Below, piece by piece: positions 54,793 through 64,000 of a stretch of 64,000 nucleotides of DNA; the stretch's first letter is position 1; every line of letters begins with the position of its first letter. Source of the stretch: an uncultured Eubacterium sp. (GTDB taxonomy: Bacteria; Bacillota; Clostridia; Lachnospirales; Lachnospiraceae); assembly GCA_910584875.1 (NCBI GenBank), contig CAJUDA010000018.1, positions 921-64,920 on the forward strand. Direction: 5' to 3'. Both the position numbers and the translations under genes were made by a program. The notes beneath the pieces are model-generated. The model had not been told where the DNA came from, did not search any database, and worked only from the letters and a program-made list of their open reading frames with translations.

Positions 54793-56091
54793 TCATTTCC
54801 ATCCTTTATTTAAAAGTATCCTTACCACAAAGTTTCCCTCTTTTATGCTAAAATCAGTCTCTCCACTATACCGGGACACAGTCTTGACAATGCTTGGCAC
54901 TCCCAGACCACTGCCTTTCTCTGATACGGGCAGCCCCTGACGGAATGTCACTTTCCCGTTACTTGTATTAGAAAACCGGATCACTACCTTATTTTTCTTT
55001 TCTGCAATGAAAATATCAATCTCCTGCTCCTCCCTGCCGGAACTGCAGCAGCCATGAATGGCATTCTCAAAGGCATTGGCAAGAATAGCGATCCAGTCGA
55101 TATCCCGGATCGACAAACCGTCTCCCAGCTTAACATCCATTTCCACACGGATATTCTGGTTTCTGGCATTTCTGGCATAAACGGAAAGAATGCTGTTAAC
55201 CGCCCGGTTCCCGCAGATATTACTCACTTCCCTGTTCTCCACATCTTCTCCGTACTGATCCAGATAAACGAGCAGACCGTCAAGTTCTCCTTTTTTTACA
55301 TATTCCCGGATCAAAGAAATATGGTGCCGCGCATCATGGCGGATCCTCGCTGCCTCATGCTCCGACTCCTTCATCAGCTCCAGCTGTCGGTGCAAAAGCT
55401 TTTCGTTCAACTCCAGAAGTTCCTTCTCTCTCTGATAATAATGCTCCTGCCCCAGATGTATATACAAATGCAGTATTGTGTACTGGATCACACCAACCAT
55501 AAACAGAGTCACAAACGCCCGTACCATATTGAAGACCGAAAACCCCTGCAGATTGGGCCAGTAAGCTACTACAGCTCCGATCATCACCGATACAAGCAAC
55601 GTGACCGCGCTAAAAAGATCCATTTCATCGATCAGGAAATCCACTCCCGACAAAAACAGCTTTCTCAGCTTCTTCCAGGTAAAAATCAGAATCGGGATCA
55701 TACAAATGATCCGTACCAGTATATCGACCCACAGATTGCCATGAAACCACCAACGTGCTACATCCACACCACAGAATACACAGACAGAAAACATATAAAA
55801 TGCCACGGCCATTTTATAGAGGGACAAATATAACTTTTCGCTGCTCATCAGACCGCAGAATATCCCGATCACAAGCAGTGAAGACAAACTGGCATACTTC
55901 ACAAATCCTGCCGGATAACAAAGATACCAGATACTGTAACCAAAAATCAGACAGCATCCAAATACCACATAACACCAGATTGTCTTCTTCATGGATAATT
56001 TGGGCCGGTCCAGCATGAGAAAAAAAGTCATCATCAGTCCTGCACTGATCGTATTCCTTAAAAGCGCTATAAAAAATGATCCCCCCAGCAT
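54793..56091 (-). CDS. Membrane sensor histidine kinase, AgrC/VirS-like GHKL type
   Basis: About 7 TM segments, H-box RHDARHH, N-box NAFENAI, G-box GLGVPSI. Confidence 0.88.
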   Translation of the reverse strand: MLGGSFFIALLRNTISAGLMMTFFLMLDRPKLSMKKTIWCYVVFGCCLIFGYSIWYLCYPAGFVKYASLSSLLVIGIFCGLMSSEKLYLSLYKMAVAFYMFSVCVFCGVDVARWWFHGNLWVDILVRIICMIPILIFTWKKLRKLFLSGVDFLIDEMDLFSAVTLLVSVMIGAVVAYWPNLQGFSVFNMVRAFVTLFMVGVIQYTILHLYIHLGQEHYYQREKELLELNEKLLHRQLELMKESEHEAARIRHDARHHISLIREYVKKGELDGLLVYLDQYGEDVENREVSNICGNRAVNSILSVYARNARNQNIRVEMDVKLGDGLSIRDIDWIAILANAFENAIHGCCSSGREEQEIDIFIAEKKNKVVIRFSNTSNGKVTFRQGLPVSEKGSGLGVPSIVKTVSRYSGETDFSIKEGNFVVRILLNKGWK

Positions 56092-56119
56092 ATTTTATTC
56101 CTCCGATTGTGTAATCTGT

Positions 56120-56671
56120 TTAAGGCACAATTTGCATAAACATCTGCTGCAATGACGTATCCTGGTCAAATATACCCCGCACTGCATAGGTTGATGTTTT
56201 CGCTCCCGGTTTCTTAATACCGCGCATCGTCATGCACATATGCTCTGCCTCGACCATCACCATCACGCCTTTGGGCGAAAGATTGTCCATAAGAGCGTCT
56301 GCGATCTGACTGGTGAGCTGTTCCTGGATCTGGGCACGCCTGGCATAAACTTCCACCGTCCGCGCCAGCTTACTGAGTCCCACTACTTTACCATCTGGAA
56401 TATATCCGATGTGGACTCTCCCAAAAAAAGGAAGAAGATGATGTTCACACACAGAATAAAACGTGATATCTTTTTCCACCACCATATCTCCCGTTTCCGC
56501 ATGGAATACCCTGCCCAGATGTTCCGCCGCGTCCATCCCGTATCCGCCAAACAATTCCCTGCACATCTGGGAGATCCGGCGCGGCGTCTCCTTCAATCCC
56601 TCTCTCTCCGGATCCTCACCGATCCCTTCCAGAAATAGCTTCACTGCCTGTTCTATCTTATCGTGATCCAT
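56120..56671 (-). CDS. folE: GTP cyclohydrolase I
   Basis: [36 protein letters not shown]. Confidence 0.97.
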   Translation of the reverse strand: MDHDKIEQAVKLFLEGIGEDPEREGLKETPRRISQMCRELFGGYGMDAAEHLGRVFHAETGDMVVEKDITFYSVCEHHLLPFFGRVHIGYIPDGKVVGLSKLARTVEVYARRAQIQEQLTSQIADALMDNLSPKGVMVMVEAEHMCMTMRGIKKPGAKTSTYAVRGIFDQDTSLQQMFMQIVP

Positions 56672-56715
56672 ACCACGCACCCCTTCTCTGTTACTTAACA
56701 GTTCCTTACCTGCAT

Positions 56716-56744
56716 ATTATAGCAAAAATCAATATAAACTACAA
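56716..56744 (-). promoter_or_regulatory. sigmaA promoter of the folE-sensor-folP-folBK-pheA unit
   Basis: TTGTAG-N17-TATAAT with a TG extension. Confidence 0.65.
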
Positions 56745-56864
56745 GACTTGTACTTCTCGCCAATAAAGCTGACAACTTGTGTTCTATTATGCACCTTGAG
56801 AACTCCTCTGAATAATACAGGCAGTCTTCTGTCCGTCGCCACCCGTCTGTCACTGCCTGCCCGG

Positions 56865-57353
56865 TTATCCCACAATAACATCTGCAAACATCCCATCCGT
56901 CAACTTGCACAGATCCTCCGGGGCAAGGAAAATCTGCGTCCCAAGCTTTCCCCCGCTAACGATGATTTGGGCAAATCCTTTCGCTGATTCATGGATCACC
57001 GTATTATACTGCTTCTTCATGCCAATAGCAGTACAGCCGCCACGGATATAACCAGTGACTGCTTGAATCTCCTTCACCGGAACCATCTCCAGTGATTTCT
57101 CACCGACAACCTTAGCTGCCTTCTTCAGATCTACCTCTTCCGCTATAGGCACTACAAAGACATGATAATTCCGGCTCTTCCCCTGCATAACAAGGGTTTT
57201 GAATGTCTGCTCATATGACTGCCCCAGCTGGTCGGCAAGATGCACACCATCAATAAATTCCTCACACTCATAAGTCTCTACCCTGAAATCAATTCCATTG
57301 TGCTCCAGAATCCGCATCGCATTCGTCTTATTATTCTTCTCTTTCTTCGCCAT
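56865..57353 (-). CDS. ybaK: Cys-tRNA(Pro) deacylase YbaK
   Basis: KTNAMRIL, FKTLV, TGYIRGGC, VSGG. Confidence 0.93.
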   Translation of the reverse strand: MAKKEKNNKTNAMRILEHNGIDFRVETYECEEFIDGVHLADQLGQSYEQTFKTLVMQGKSRNYHVFVVPIAEEVDLKKAAKVVGEKSLEMVPVKEIQAVTGYIRGGCTAIGMKKQYNTVIHESAKGFAQIIVSGGKLGTQIFLAPEDLCKLTDGMFADVIVG

Positions 57354-58653
57354 GACAATCCCCCTCGCCTTTTAACGTTTTATCGTTCAATTCCTTAAAG
57401 AAAGACAGGCTTCCGAAGACCAGCACTATATCCTCTTCCCCGCATCTTTCCACCGCCTTTTCCAAACCTGCCATAACAGTATCTGCCGGGATTACCTTTT
57501 GACACCCCTTCCTCCGCCACACATCTGCAAGAATATCTTTATCCAGTCCCCGCTCTCCTGGAGGTGTGATGGTCACGGCATCATCAAACAGTGGGGCGAG
57601 GATCTCCACCATCACCTCATACTCTTTATCTTTCAGTACGCCCATCACACCATGCAGGCGTCTTCCGCAGAGAAGCCCTTCTATGGTGCTCCGGAGCGCC
57701 CTTGCTCCTGCCGGATTATGTGCCCCATCTATAATGACAGGAGGCCTGATACAAATTTTCTCAAACCGCCCCCGCCATACTGCCTTACGGATTCCAAGCA
57801 GCAACTCTTCCCTGGCAAAGTGAAAAGGCTCTGGCAGATGAAAGCATGTCTCAATGGCAAGGGCAGCATTTTCTGCCTGATATAAGCCCGCCATGAAAGT
57901 ATGGTAGCGCTCCTGCCTGTATGTGAAAACACTTCCCTCCAGATCTGCTGTCAGCACTGTAATATCCGATTTTTCCACTTCATAAAGGGAAGCTTTCTTC
58001 CCTTCCGCCTGTTTCCGGATCACAGCCAATGCATCCGGAGCTTCCTGACAGGTGACTACTACTCCATTTTCCCGGATGATCCCGGCCTTTGCCAATGCGA
58101 TATCCTGTATCGTATTACCCAGCACTGCCTGATGGTCCAGGGATATCGGTGTAATGACCGATGCCAATACATTAGCAATAACATTTGTGGCATCCTCCTT
58201 ACCACCCAGCCCTGCTTCCAGAACCACTACCTCACAGTTCCAGTGAACAAAAGCAAGAAATGCCATTGCCGTCTCTATCTCAAAAACGGTAGGCACTTCC
58301 TCTCCCTCCTGACGCATTTTGTCCACTGCTGCCGCAGCCTCTGTCACTATCTGCGCCAGAAACTCCCTGTCAATAGGATGTACCCCATCCAGATCCTCAT
58401 ACTGAATGCACTCCTCATATTCAAACACGACCGGAGAGACAAACCGTCCCACCAGATGCCCGCTGACCGCCAGGATACTGCTGATATAAGCCGCCACAGA
58501 ACCCTTACCGTTGGTTCCGGCAACATGGATAAATCTCAGTTTGTCCTGCGGGTTGCCAAGATACCCCAGCAGCCCCCGCATACGGGCAAGCCCCGGCATC
58601 ATGCCGGAGCGTCCCGCCTCTCTGATATACTTTCTTGCCTCTTTGTATGTCAT
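57331..58653 (-). CDS. folC: Folylpolyglutamate synthase / dihydrofolate synthase
   Basis: IHVAGTNGKGS, EAGLGG..DATN, ISLDH, W.GRFE, DGAHN, FGSL. Confidence 0.95.
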   Translation of the reverse strand: MTYKEARKYIREAGRSGMMPGLARMRGLLGYLGNPQDKLRFIHVAGTNGKGSVAAYISSILAVSGHLVGRFVSPVVFEYEECIQYEDLDGVHPIDREFLAQIVTEAAAAVDKMRQEGEEVPTVFEIETAMAFLAFVHWNCEVVVLEAGLGGKEDATNVIANVLASVITPISLDHQAVLGNTIQDIALAKAGIIRENGVVVTCQEAPDALAVIRKQAEGKKASLYEVEKSDITVLTADLEGSVFTYRQERYHTFMAGLYQAENAALAIETCFHLPEPFHFAREELLLGIRKAVWRGRFEKICIRPPVIIDGAHNPAGARALRSTIEGLLCGRRLHGVMGVLKDKEYEVMVEILAPLFDDAVTITPPGERGLDKDILADVWRRKGCQKVIPADTVMAGLEKAVERCGEEDIVLVFGSLSFFKELNDKTLKGEGDCHGEEREE

Positions 58654-58670
58654 AATAAATAAACCTTTAT

Positions 58671-59957
58671 TTATTCTACTGCTGCCAGCGCCTGCTCCAG
58701 ATCTTTGACAAGATCGTCTTTGTCCTCCAGCCCACAGGACATACGGACAAGACCTGCCGGTATCCCCGCTGCTTCAAGCTGTTCATCATTCATCTGGCGG
58801 TGCGTACTTGTTGCCGGATTCAGACAGCAGGTTCTCGCGTCTGCCACATGAGTCTCGATGGCTGCCAGCCTGAGGTTTTTCATAAAACTCTCTGCCGCGG
58901 CCCTTCCGCCCTTCAGTTCAAAGGAAACGACACCGCATCCGCCCTGCGGCAGATATTTCTGCGCCAGTTCATAGTAAGGATCACCCGGCAGCCCGGAATA
59001 ACTCACCGAAGCGACTTTTGGATGATTCTGCAGGAACTCTGCCACCGCCTGTCCGTTTTCCACATGACGGGGCATACGCACATGGAGGGATTCCAGACCG
59101 AGGTTCAGAAGGAACGCATGCTGCGGCGACTGGATACAGCCAAGGTCCCGCATAAGCTGCGCTGTACATTTTGTGATAAATGCCCCTTCTTTCCCGAATT
59201 TCTCAGCATAGGTGATACCATGGTATGATTCATCCGGGGTACAGAGTCCCGGGTACTTATCCGCCTGCGCCATCCAGTCAAAGTTTCCTGAATCCACGAT
59301 CGCGCCGCCGACCGCAGCGCCATGTCCGTCCATGTATTTTGTCGTGGAGTGGGTAACGATATCCGCTCCCCATTCGATGGGACGGCAGTTCACCGGTGTC
59401 GGAAACGTATTATCCACGATCAGCGGCACGCCATGAGCGTGGGCCGCCTTTGCAAATTTCTCAATATCCAGCACCGTAAGAGCCGGATTGGCAATCGTCT
59501 CACCAAAGACCGCCCTCGTATTTTCCCGGAAAGCTGCATTCAGTTCGTCTTCCGTGCAGTCTGGGGAAACAAATGTAACATCGATCCCCATTTTCTTCAT
59601 CGTAACTTCAATCAGATTAAAGGTACCGCCATAAATAGAAGAAGAGGATACGATATGACTGCCGCTCTCACACAGATTAAACAGAGCAAAGAAATTTGCC
59701 GCCTGGCCGGAGGACGTCAGCATCGCAGCCGTACCGCCTTCCAGTTCTGCGATCTTCGCCGCCACAAAATCATTGGTTGGATTCTGCAGCCGGGTATAAA
59801 AATATCCCTCTGCTTCCAGATCAAACAATTTTCCCATATCCTCACTGGTGTCATACTTAAATGTTGTGGACTGGATAATGGGGATCTGTCTCGGCTCTCC
59901 ATTTCCTGGTGTATAACCGCCCTGTACACATTTGGTATTCATTTTATAACCGCTCAT
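58671..59957 (-). CDS. metY: O-acetylhomoserine aminocarboxypropyltransferase (OAH/OAS sulfhydrylase)
   Basis: YTRLQNPT, SSGQAA, IYGGT, VDNTF, HSTTKY, PATSTHRQ. Confidence 0.93.
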   Translation of the reverse strand: MSGYKMNTKCVQGGYTPGNGEPRQIPIIQSTTFKYDTSEDMGKLFDLEAEGYFYTRLQNPTNDFVAAKIAELEGGTAAMLTSSGQAANFFALFNLCESGSHIVSSSSIYGGTFNLIEVTMKKMGIDVTFVSPDCTEDELNAAFRENTRAVFGETIANPALTVLDIEKFAKAAHAHGVPLIVDNTFPTPVNCRPIEWGADIVTHSTTKYMDGHGAAVGGAIVDSGNFDWMAQADKYPGLCTPDESYHGITYAEKFGKEGAFITKCTAQLMRDLGCIQSPQHAFLLNLGLESLHVRMPRHVENGQAVAEFLQNHPKVASVSYSGLPGDPYYELAQKYLPQGGCGVVSFELKGGRAAAESFMKNLRLAAIETHVADARTCCLNPATSTHRQMNDEQLEAAGIPAGLVRMSCGLEDKDDLVKDLEQALAAVE

Positions 59958-60014
59958 CTCTTCTTACCTCGCCTTTCTCTATTCAATTATTCAGTTACTA
60001 CTGTCCAGAAAAAT

Positions 60015-60043
60015 ATTGTAGCATTTTCATTATGAAAAAGCAA
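60015..60043 (-). promoter_or_regulatory. metY sigmaA promoter with a palindrome in the spacer
   Basis: TTGCTT-N17-TACAAT (TG-extended); TTTTCAT-T-ATGAAAA at 60024-60038. Confidence 0.6.
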
Positions 60044-60072
60044 ACTAAATAGTGCTGTATCCCTTCTGCCGG

Positions 60073-60840
60073 TCACGGCGTTCGCTGATATCGGTCGATT
60101 TGTCCTGGCATTTCCCCAAGATCAATGCTCTCTCCGTTCCCAGAGAGGCATACAACAATATCACGGTAACAGGGATGCTCCTTGACAAATCTTTGGATTA
60201 CGCTGAATTTCTCCCATACATGCATGGGAAATACTTTCCCCGCCTGTACATGTTCCAGAAAAACCTCCAGTCCCACCGGCGTATCCTGAAGCAGTCTCGG
60301 ATCCAGTGGGACAAACGCCACATCCACCGTAATCCCCTTCAGTTTTTCCATTTCACGAAGGTATCTCTCTGCCATCCTCTGGTTGTAATCCTCCGGCTTG
60401 TCTTTCCAGATCCAGTGGCTGAGATCCCCGGCATGATAGATACGGAGTCCTCCATAGTCAAGCAGATATGCCACTCCCGCATCGGTCGAGCGCAGGGTGG
60501 TGATCTGCAGCGTTCCCCCATCCGGCATCGTCAGTTCATAGGTCTGGTTTTTCCGCACTCTGGTAAGCTTTGCAGCGAGGTCTGTTCCCTGGTCTGCACA
60601 TTCCCGCAGCTTCCATTTGATACCACAGTCCTTATCCAGGACATAATGCACCCACGGGTATGTCTCAAAAAGATCAAAAACCACCGGATTATAATGATCC
60701 CGGTGGCTGTGGCTGACAAAAACGACCAGTGGCTTCTTCTGGTCCAGTTCCGGTATCTCCCCTTTGAAATAATCAAACAGAAAATACGCAGATGCCGTCT
60801 CTACCAGAAACCCGCTGTGCGCGATAAAGGTAACTCTCAT
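60073..60840 (-). CDS. MBL-fold metallo-hydrolase
   Basis: FIAHSGFLVE, SHSHRDHY, YHAGDL, PMH; start moved to MRVTF. Confidence 0.9.
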   Translation of the reverse strand: MRVTFIAHSGFLVETASAYFLFDYFKGEIPELDQKKPLVVFVSHSHRDHYNPVVFDLFETYPWVHYVLDKDCGIKWKLRECADQGTDLAAKLTRVRKNQTYELTMPDGGTLQITTLRSTDAGVAYLLDYGGLRIYHAGDLSHWIWKDKPEDYNQRMAERYLREMEKLKGITVDVAFVPLDPRLLQDTPVGLEVFLEHVQAGKVFPMHVWEKFSVIQRFVKEHPCYRDIVVCLSGNGESIDLGEMPGQIDRYQRTP

Positions 60841-60881
60841 AATCTCTCCATTCTGTGACAATCCCTTTCCTCTGTCACTGT

Positions 60882-61643
60882 TCACCGGATACCCAGAATC
60901 TGCTCTGCCCGCAGTACCTCTTCCTCCGTGGGAGGGTGTACCCCCGCCAGGGGATATGTGATTCCGAGACCTTCCCACTTAAAGAGTCCCAGCGTATGAT
61001 AGGGGAGCACCTCGACACGGCTTACTGTCTTCCAGCCATCAATCCTCTCCCGCAAAGCACGCAGCCCTGCCGCACTATCCGTCAGTCCCGGTACAAGTAC
61101 ATGCCGGATCCACATCTCCTTACCCTTCCCGGACAGATCGTCCGCCATATCCAATATATTCTGGTTGTCCTGTCCGGTCAGCTCCCGGTGCTGCCCGGCG
61201 TCCATCTCCTTGATATCGAGCATCACCAGATCCGTCACTTCCATCAGCCGGCAGAAGCTGCCATAAAAAGGCTCCTCTCTGGTAAAGGGACTGCCTGCCG
61301 TGTCAAGAACCGTATGGATCCCTTTTTGTTTCGCCAGGGCAAACAGCTCTGCCACAAAATCCGTCTGCAGCAGAGGCTCACCACCACTCACGGTGATCCC
61401 CCCGTTTTTCTTCCAGTAGTTGTGATACCGGTACGCCTGGTCAAAGACCTCCTGCGCCGTCTTTGTTTCCCCGGCGTCCAGTGCCCAGGTCTCCGGGTTA
61501 TGGCAGTACCGGCACCGCATCCGGCAGCCCTGGAGGAACACGACATACCGGACTCCCGGTCCATCCACCAGACCAAAGGTTTCGATGGAATGAATGTGTC
61601 CTGTTGTCCGGGCAGCGACCGGATTTTTCCCGTCCACTTTCAT
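60882..61643 (-). CDS. pflA: Pyruvate formate-lyase activating enzyme
   Basis: VDGPG.R, GCRMRCRYCHNPET (CxxxCxxC), SGGEPL, LPYH. Confidence 0.96.
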   Translation of the reverse strand: MKVDGKNPVAARTTGHIHSIETFGLVDGPGVRYVVFLQGCRMRCRYCHNPETWALDAGETKTAQEVFDQAYRYHNYWKKNGGITVSGGEPLLQTDFVAELFALAKQKGIHTVLDTAGSPFTREEPFYGSFCRLMEVTDLVMLDIKEMDAGQHRELTGQDNQNILDMADDLSGKGKEMWIRHVLVPGLTDSAAGLRALRERIDGWKTVSRVEVLPYHTLGLFKWEGLGITYPLAGVHPPTEEEVLRAEQILGIR

Positions 61644-63896
61644 TTATAATGCACCGTGGCAGGTCCTTGCGATGACATCTTTTTGCTGCTCTCTTGTGAG
61701 GTCGATAAATTTCACCGCATAACCGGAAACCCGGATCGTAAAGTTGGCATATTCTTCTTTTTCTGGATGTTCCATGGCATCCAGCAGCTTCTCTTTGCCA
61801 AATACATTGACATTGAGATGATGTGCCCCCTGGTCGAAATAGCCGTCCAGCACCTGAACCAGATTACAGATCCTCTCACCGGCACTGTGTCCCAGTGCAT
61901 CCGGATTGATCGTCTGGGTATTGGAAATCCCGTCCAGCGCCCACTCATAGGGAAGCTTGGTCAGAGAATTCAGCGAGGCAAGAAGCCCGTTCTGCTCTGC
62001 CCCGTAGCTCGGATTCGCCCCCGGTGAAAGCGGCGTCCATGCCTCCCTGCCGTCTGGCATGGCGCCAGTCGCCTTACCATATACCACGTTGGACGTGATC
62101 GTAAGGATCGACGTCGTAGGTTCGGAATGCCGGTACGTATGGTGTTTCTTGATCTTTTCGATAAAAGTTCTGAGAAGCCACACTGCGATCTCATCCGCAC
62201 GGTCATCGTCATTGCCATACCGTGGGAAATCGCCTTCAATCTCATAATCGGTAACAAGCCCTTCCTCATCCCGGATCGTCTTCACCTTTGCATATTTAAT
62301 GGCGCTGAGAGAATCCACAACATGGGAAAATCCCGCGATACCAGTGGCGAACGTCCTCCTCACATCGGTATCGATCAGGGCAAGCTGGGTTGCCTCATAA
62401 TAATATTTATCATGCATATACTGGATCAGATTCAGGATATTGACATAAATATCCGCCAGCCAGTCCATCATGCTGTCGTATTTCTCCATCACTTCCTCAT
62501 AGTCCAGATATTCCGAGGTGACCGGCTGGTATTTCGGCCCTACCTGGTCTCTGCTCTTCTCGTCCCTGCCGCCGTTGATCGCATAGAGAAGACATTTTGC
62601 CAGATTTGCCCTTGCCCCGAAAAACTGCATCTCCTTACCGGTCTGTGTGGCAGACACACAGCAGCAGATCGCATAATCATCCCCCCACACCGGTTTCATC
62701 ACATCATCATTCTCATACTGGATGGAACTGGTCCGGATGGAGATATCCGCCGAATAATTCTTAAAATTCTCTGGCAGGGCGGACGAATACAGCACCGTGA
62801 TATTCGGCTCCGGCGACGGACCCATATTTTCCAGCGTGTGCAGGAAACGGAAATCCGTCTTCGTCACCATATGCCTTCCATCTACCCCGATACCGGCGAG
62901 ATCCAGGGTCGCCCACACCGGATCACCGGAAAACAGTTCGTTGTATGATTTGATACGGGCAAATTTCACCATACGGAACTTCATCGTGATGTGGTCGACC
63001 AGTTCCTGTGCTTCACTCTCTGTGAGGATACCCTTTTGCAGATCACGTTCAATGTAGATATCCAGGAAGGTAGAGACGCGCCCGATGCTCATGGCTGCAC
63101 CGTTCTGGCATTTGATCGCCGCCAGATAACCAAAATACGTCCACTGGATCGCTTCCCTGGCATCCTTCGCCGGTGCTGAGATATCAAAGCCATAGATCTG
63201 TGCCATGTCTTTCATACCTTTCAGGGCATTGATCTGCGCCTGCAGCTCCTCCCTCTGACGGATAATGTCCTCGGTCATGCTGCCACTGCCGCAGTTCGCC
63301 TTATCTCTCTCCTTCTCTTTCACAAGATGGTCGATGCCGTACAGGGCGATCCTGCGGTAATCTCCGACGATACGCCCCCTGCCGTAAGTATCCGGCAGCC
63401 CGGTGACGATCTTATTTTTGCGCGCCGCCCTCATCTCTGGTGTATAGCAGTCAAAGACAGCCTGATTATGCGTCTTGTGATAAACCGTAAATATTTTGTG
63501 AAGGTCCGGATCCGGCGTATAACCATACATCTGGCACGCCTCTTCTGCCATCTTAATGCCGCCATAGGGCATAAAGGCACGTTTCAGCGGCTTGTCCGTC
63601 TGCAGGCCGACGATCTTCTCCAGTTCCTTCATCTCTTCTTTTATATATCCCGGTCCATGAGAGGTGAGACCGGATACGATATTGGTATCCATATCCAGAA
63701 CACCGCCCTTGGCACGCTCCTGCTTCTGCAGTTTTTGCAGTTCGCCCCACAGGCGGTCTGTCGCCTCTGTCGCCGGCGCAAGGAAGCTCTCATCTCCGTC
63801 ATATGGTGTATAATTCTTCTGGATAAAATCTCTGACATTGATCTCTTCTCTCCAGAGACGTCCCTCAAAACCATCCCACTGCTCAAAATTTGTCAT
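61644..63896 (-). CDS. pflB: Pyruvate formate-lyase (formate C-acetyltransferase)
   Basis: [21 protein letters not shown] active site, IRVSGY glycyl-radical motif. Confidence 0.98.
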   Translation of the reverse strand: MTNFEQWDGFEGRLWREEINVRDFIQKNYTPYDGDESFLAPATEATDRLWGELQKLQKQERAKGGVLDMDTNIVSGLTSHGPGYIKEEMKELEKIVGLQTDKPLKRAFMPYGGIKMAEEACQMYGYTPDPDLHKIFTVYHKTHNQAVFDCYTPEMRAARKNKIVTGLPDTYGRGRIVGDYRRIALYGIDHLVKEKERDKANCGSGSMTEDIIRQREELQAQINALKGMKDMAQIYGFDISAPAKDAREAIQWTYFGYLAAIKCQNGAAMSIGRVSTFLDIYIERDLQKGILTESEAQELVDHITMKFRMVKFARIKSYNELFSGDPVWATLDLAGIGVDGRHMVTKTDFRFLHTLENMGPSPEPNITVLYSSALPENFKNYSADISIRTSSIQYENDDVMKPVWGDDYAICCCVSATQTGKEMQFFGARANLAKCLLYAINGGRDEKSRDQVGPKYQPVTSEYLDYEEVMEKYDSMMDWLADIYVNILNLIQYMHDKYYYEATQLALIDTDVRRTFATGIAGFSHVVDSLSAIKYAKVKTIRDEEGLVTDYEIEGDFPRYGNDDDRADEIAVWLLRTFIEKIKKHHTYRHSEPTTSILTITSNVVYGKATGAMPDGREAWTPLSPGANPSYGAEQNGLLASLNSLTKLPYEWALDGISNTQTINPDALGHSAGERICNLVQVLDGYFDQGAHHLNVNVFGKEKLLDAMEHPEKEEYANFTIRVSGYAVKFIDLTREQQKDVIARTCHGAL

Positions 63897-64000
63897 ACTC
63901 TTCCTCCTTTGGTCGTATTGACTGTAATCGTAACATTAATCAGCCAAAAAAGCAACTGATTTTGAACAGGATCAACCTCTCGCAAAACTGCCCTATTTTT

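Noticed and set aside
56681..56864. THF riboswitch upstream of folE
   Set aside because: The promoter lies only ~45 nt from the start codon and no THF aptamer-like structure is visible
3142..63959. Numerous + strand ORFs antisense to the core genes (e.g. 23740-24696, 26541-27500, 43852-44850, 49770-50630)
   Set aside because: Shadow ORFs of well-supported minus-strand genes, with no motifs or RBS

Overview
Core chromosome segment of a motile, spore-forming Clostridia member (gene content and order look Lachnospiraceae-like; this is an inference). Almost all genes are on the minus strand. From right to left: pflB-pflA, an MBL-fold hydrolase, metY, a folate cluster (folC-ybaK-folE-[orphan GHKL sensor]-folP-folBK) running into pheA, htrA, miaB, a cyclophilin (+), spoIIGA-sigE, an inverted sigG (+), ylmC-nrdR, comM-dprA, topA-codY, a ~34 kb flagellar/chemotaxis operon (flgB to fliA plus tail genes; no cheC; stator predicted Na+-type), then rpsB-tsf. 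The first ~3.2 kb, directly downstream of tsf, is an AT-rich accessory zone and the most interesting part. It holds three extra copies of a tsf-like 3' end (TTCGCAA[A/G]GCAGATG..stop), two related hairpins whose mismatches are all G-T on one strand, and a cluster of TTGGTCA arm-type repeats. Together these delimit an integrase-less ~2.3 kb islet carrying a small cGAS/DncV-like (Pol-beta family) nucleotidyltransferase and a YhcG/DUF1016 PD-(D/E)XK gene that has a perfect internal DNA palindrome. A second, decayed cassette (frameshifted MerR, truncated MBL hydrolase) follows. No rRNA, tRNA, CRISPR array, integrase or transposase was seen.
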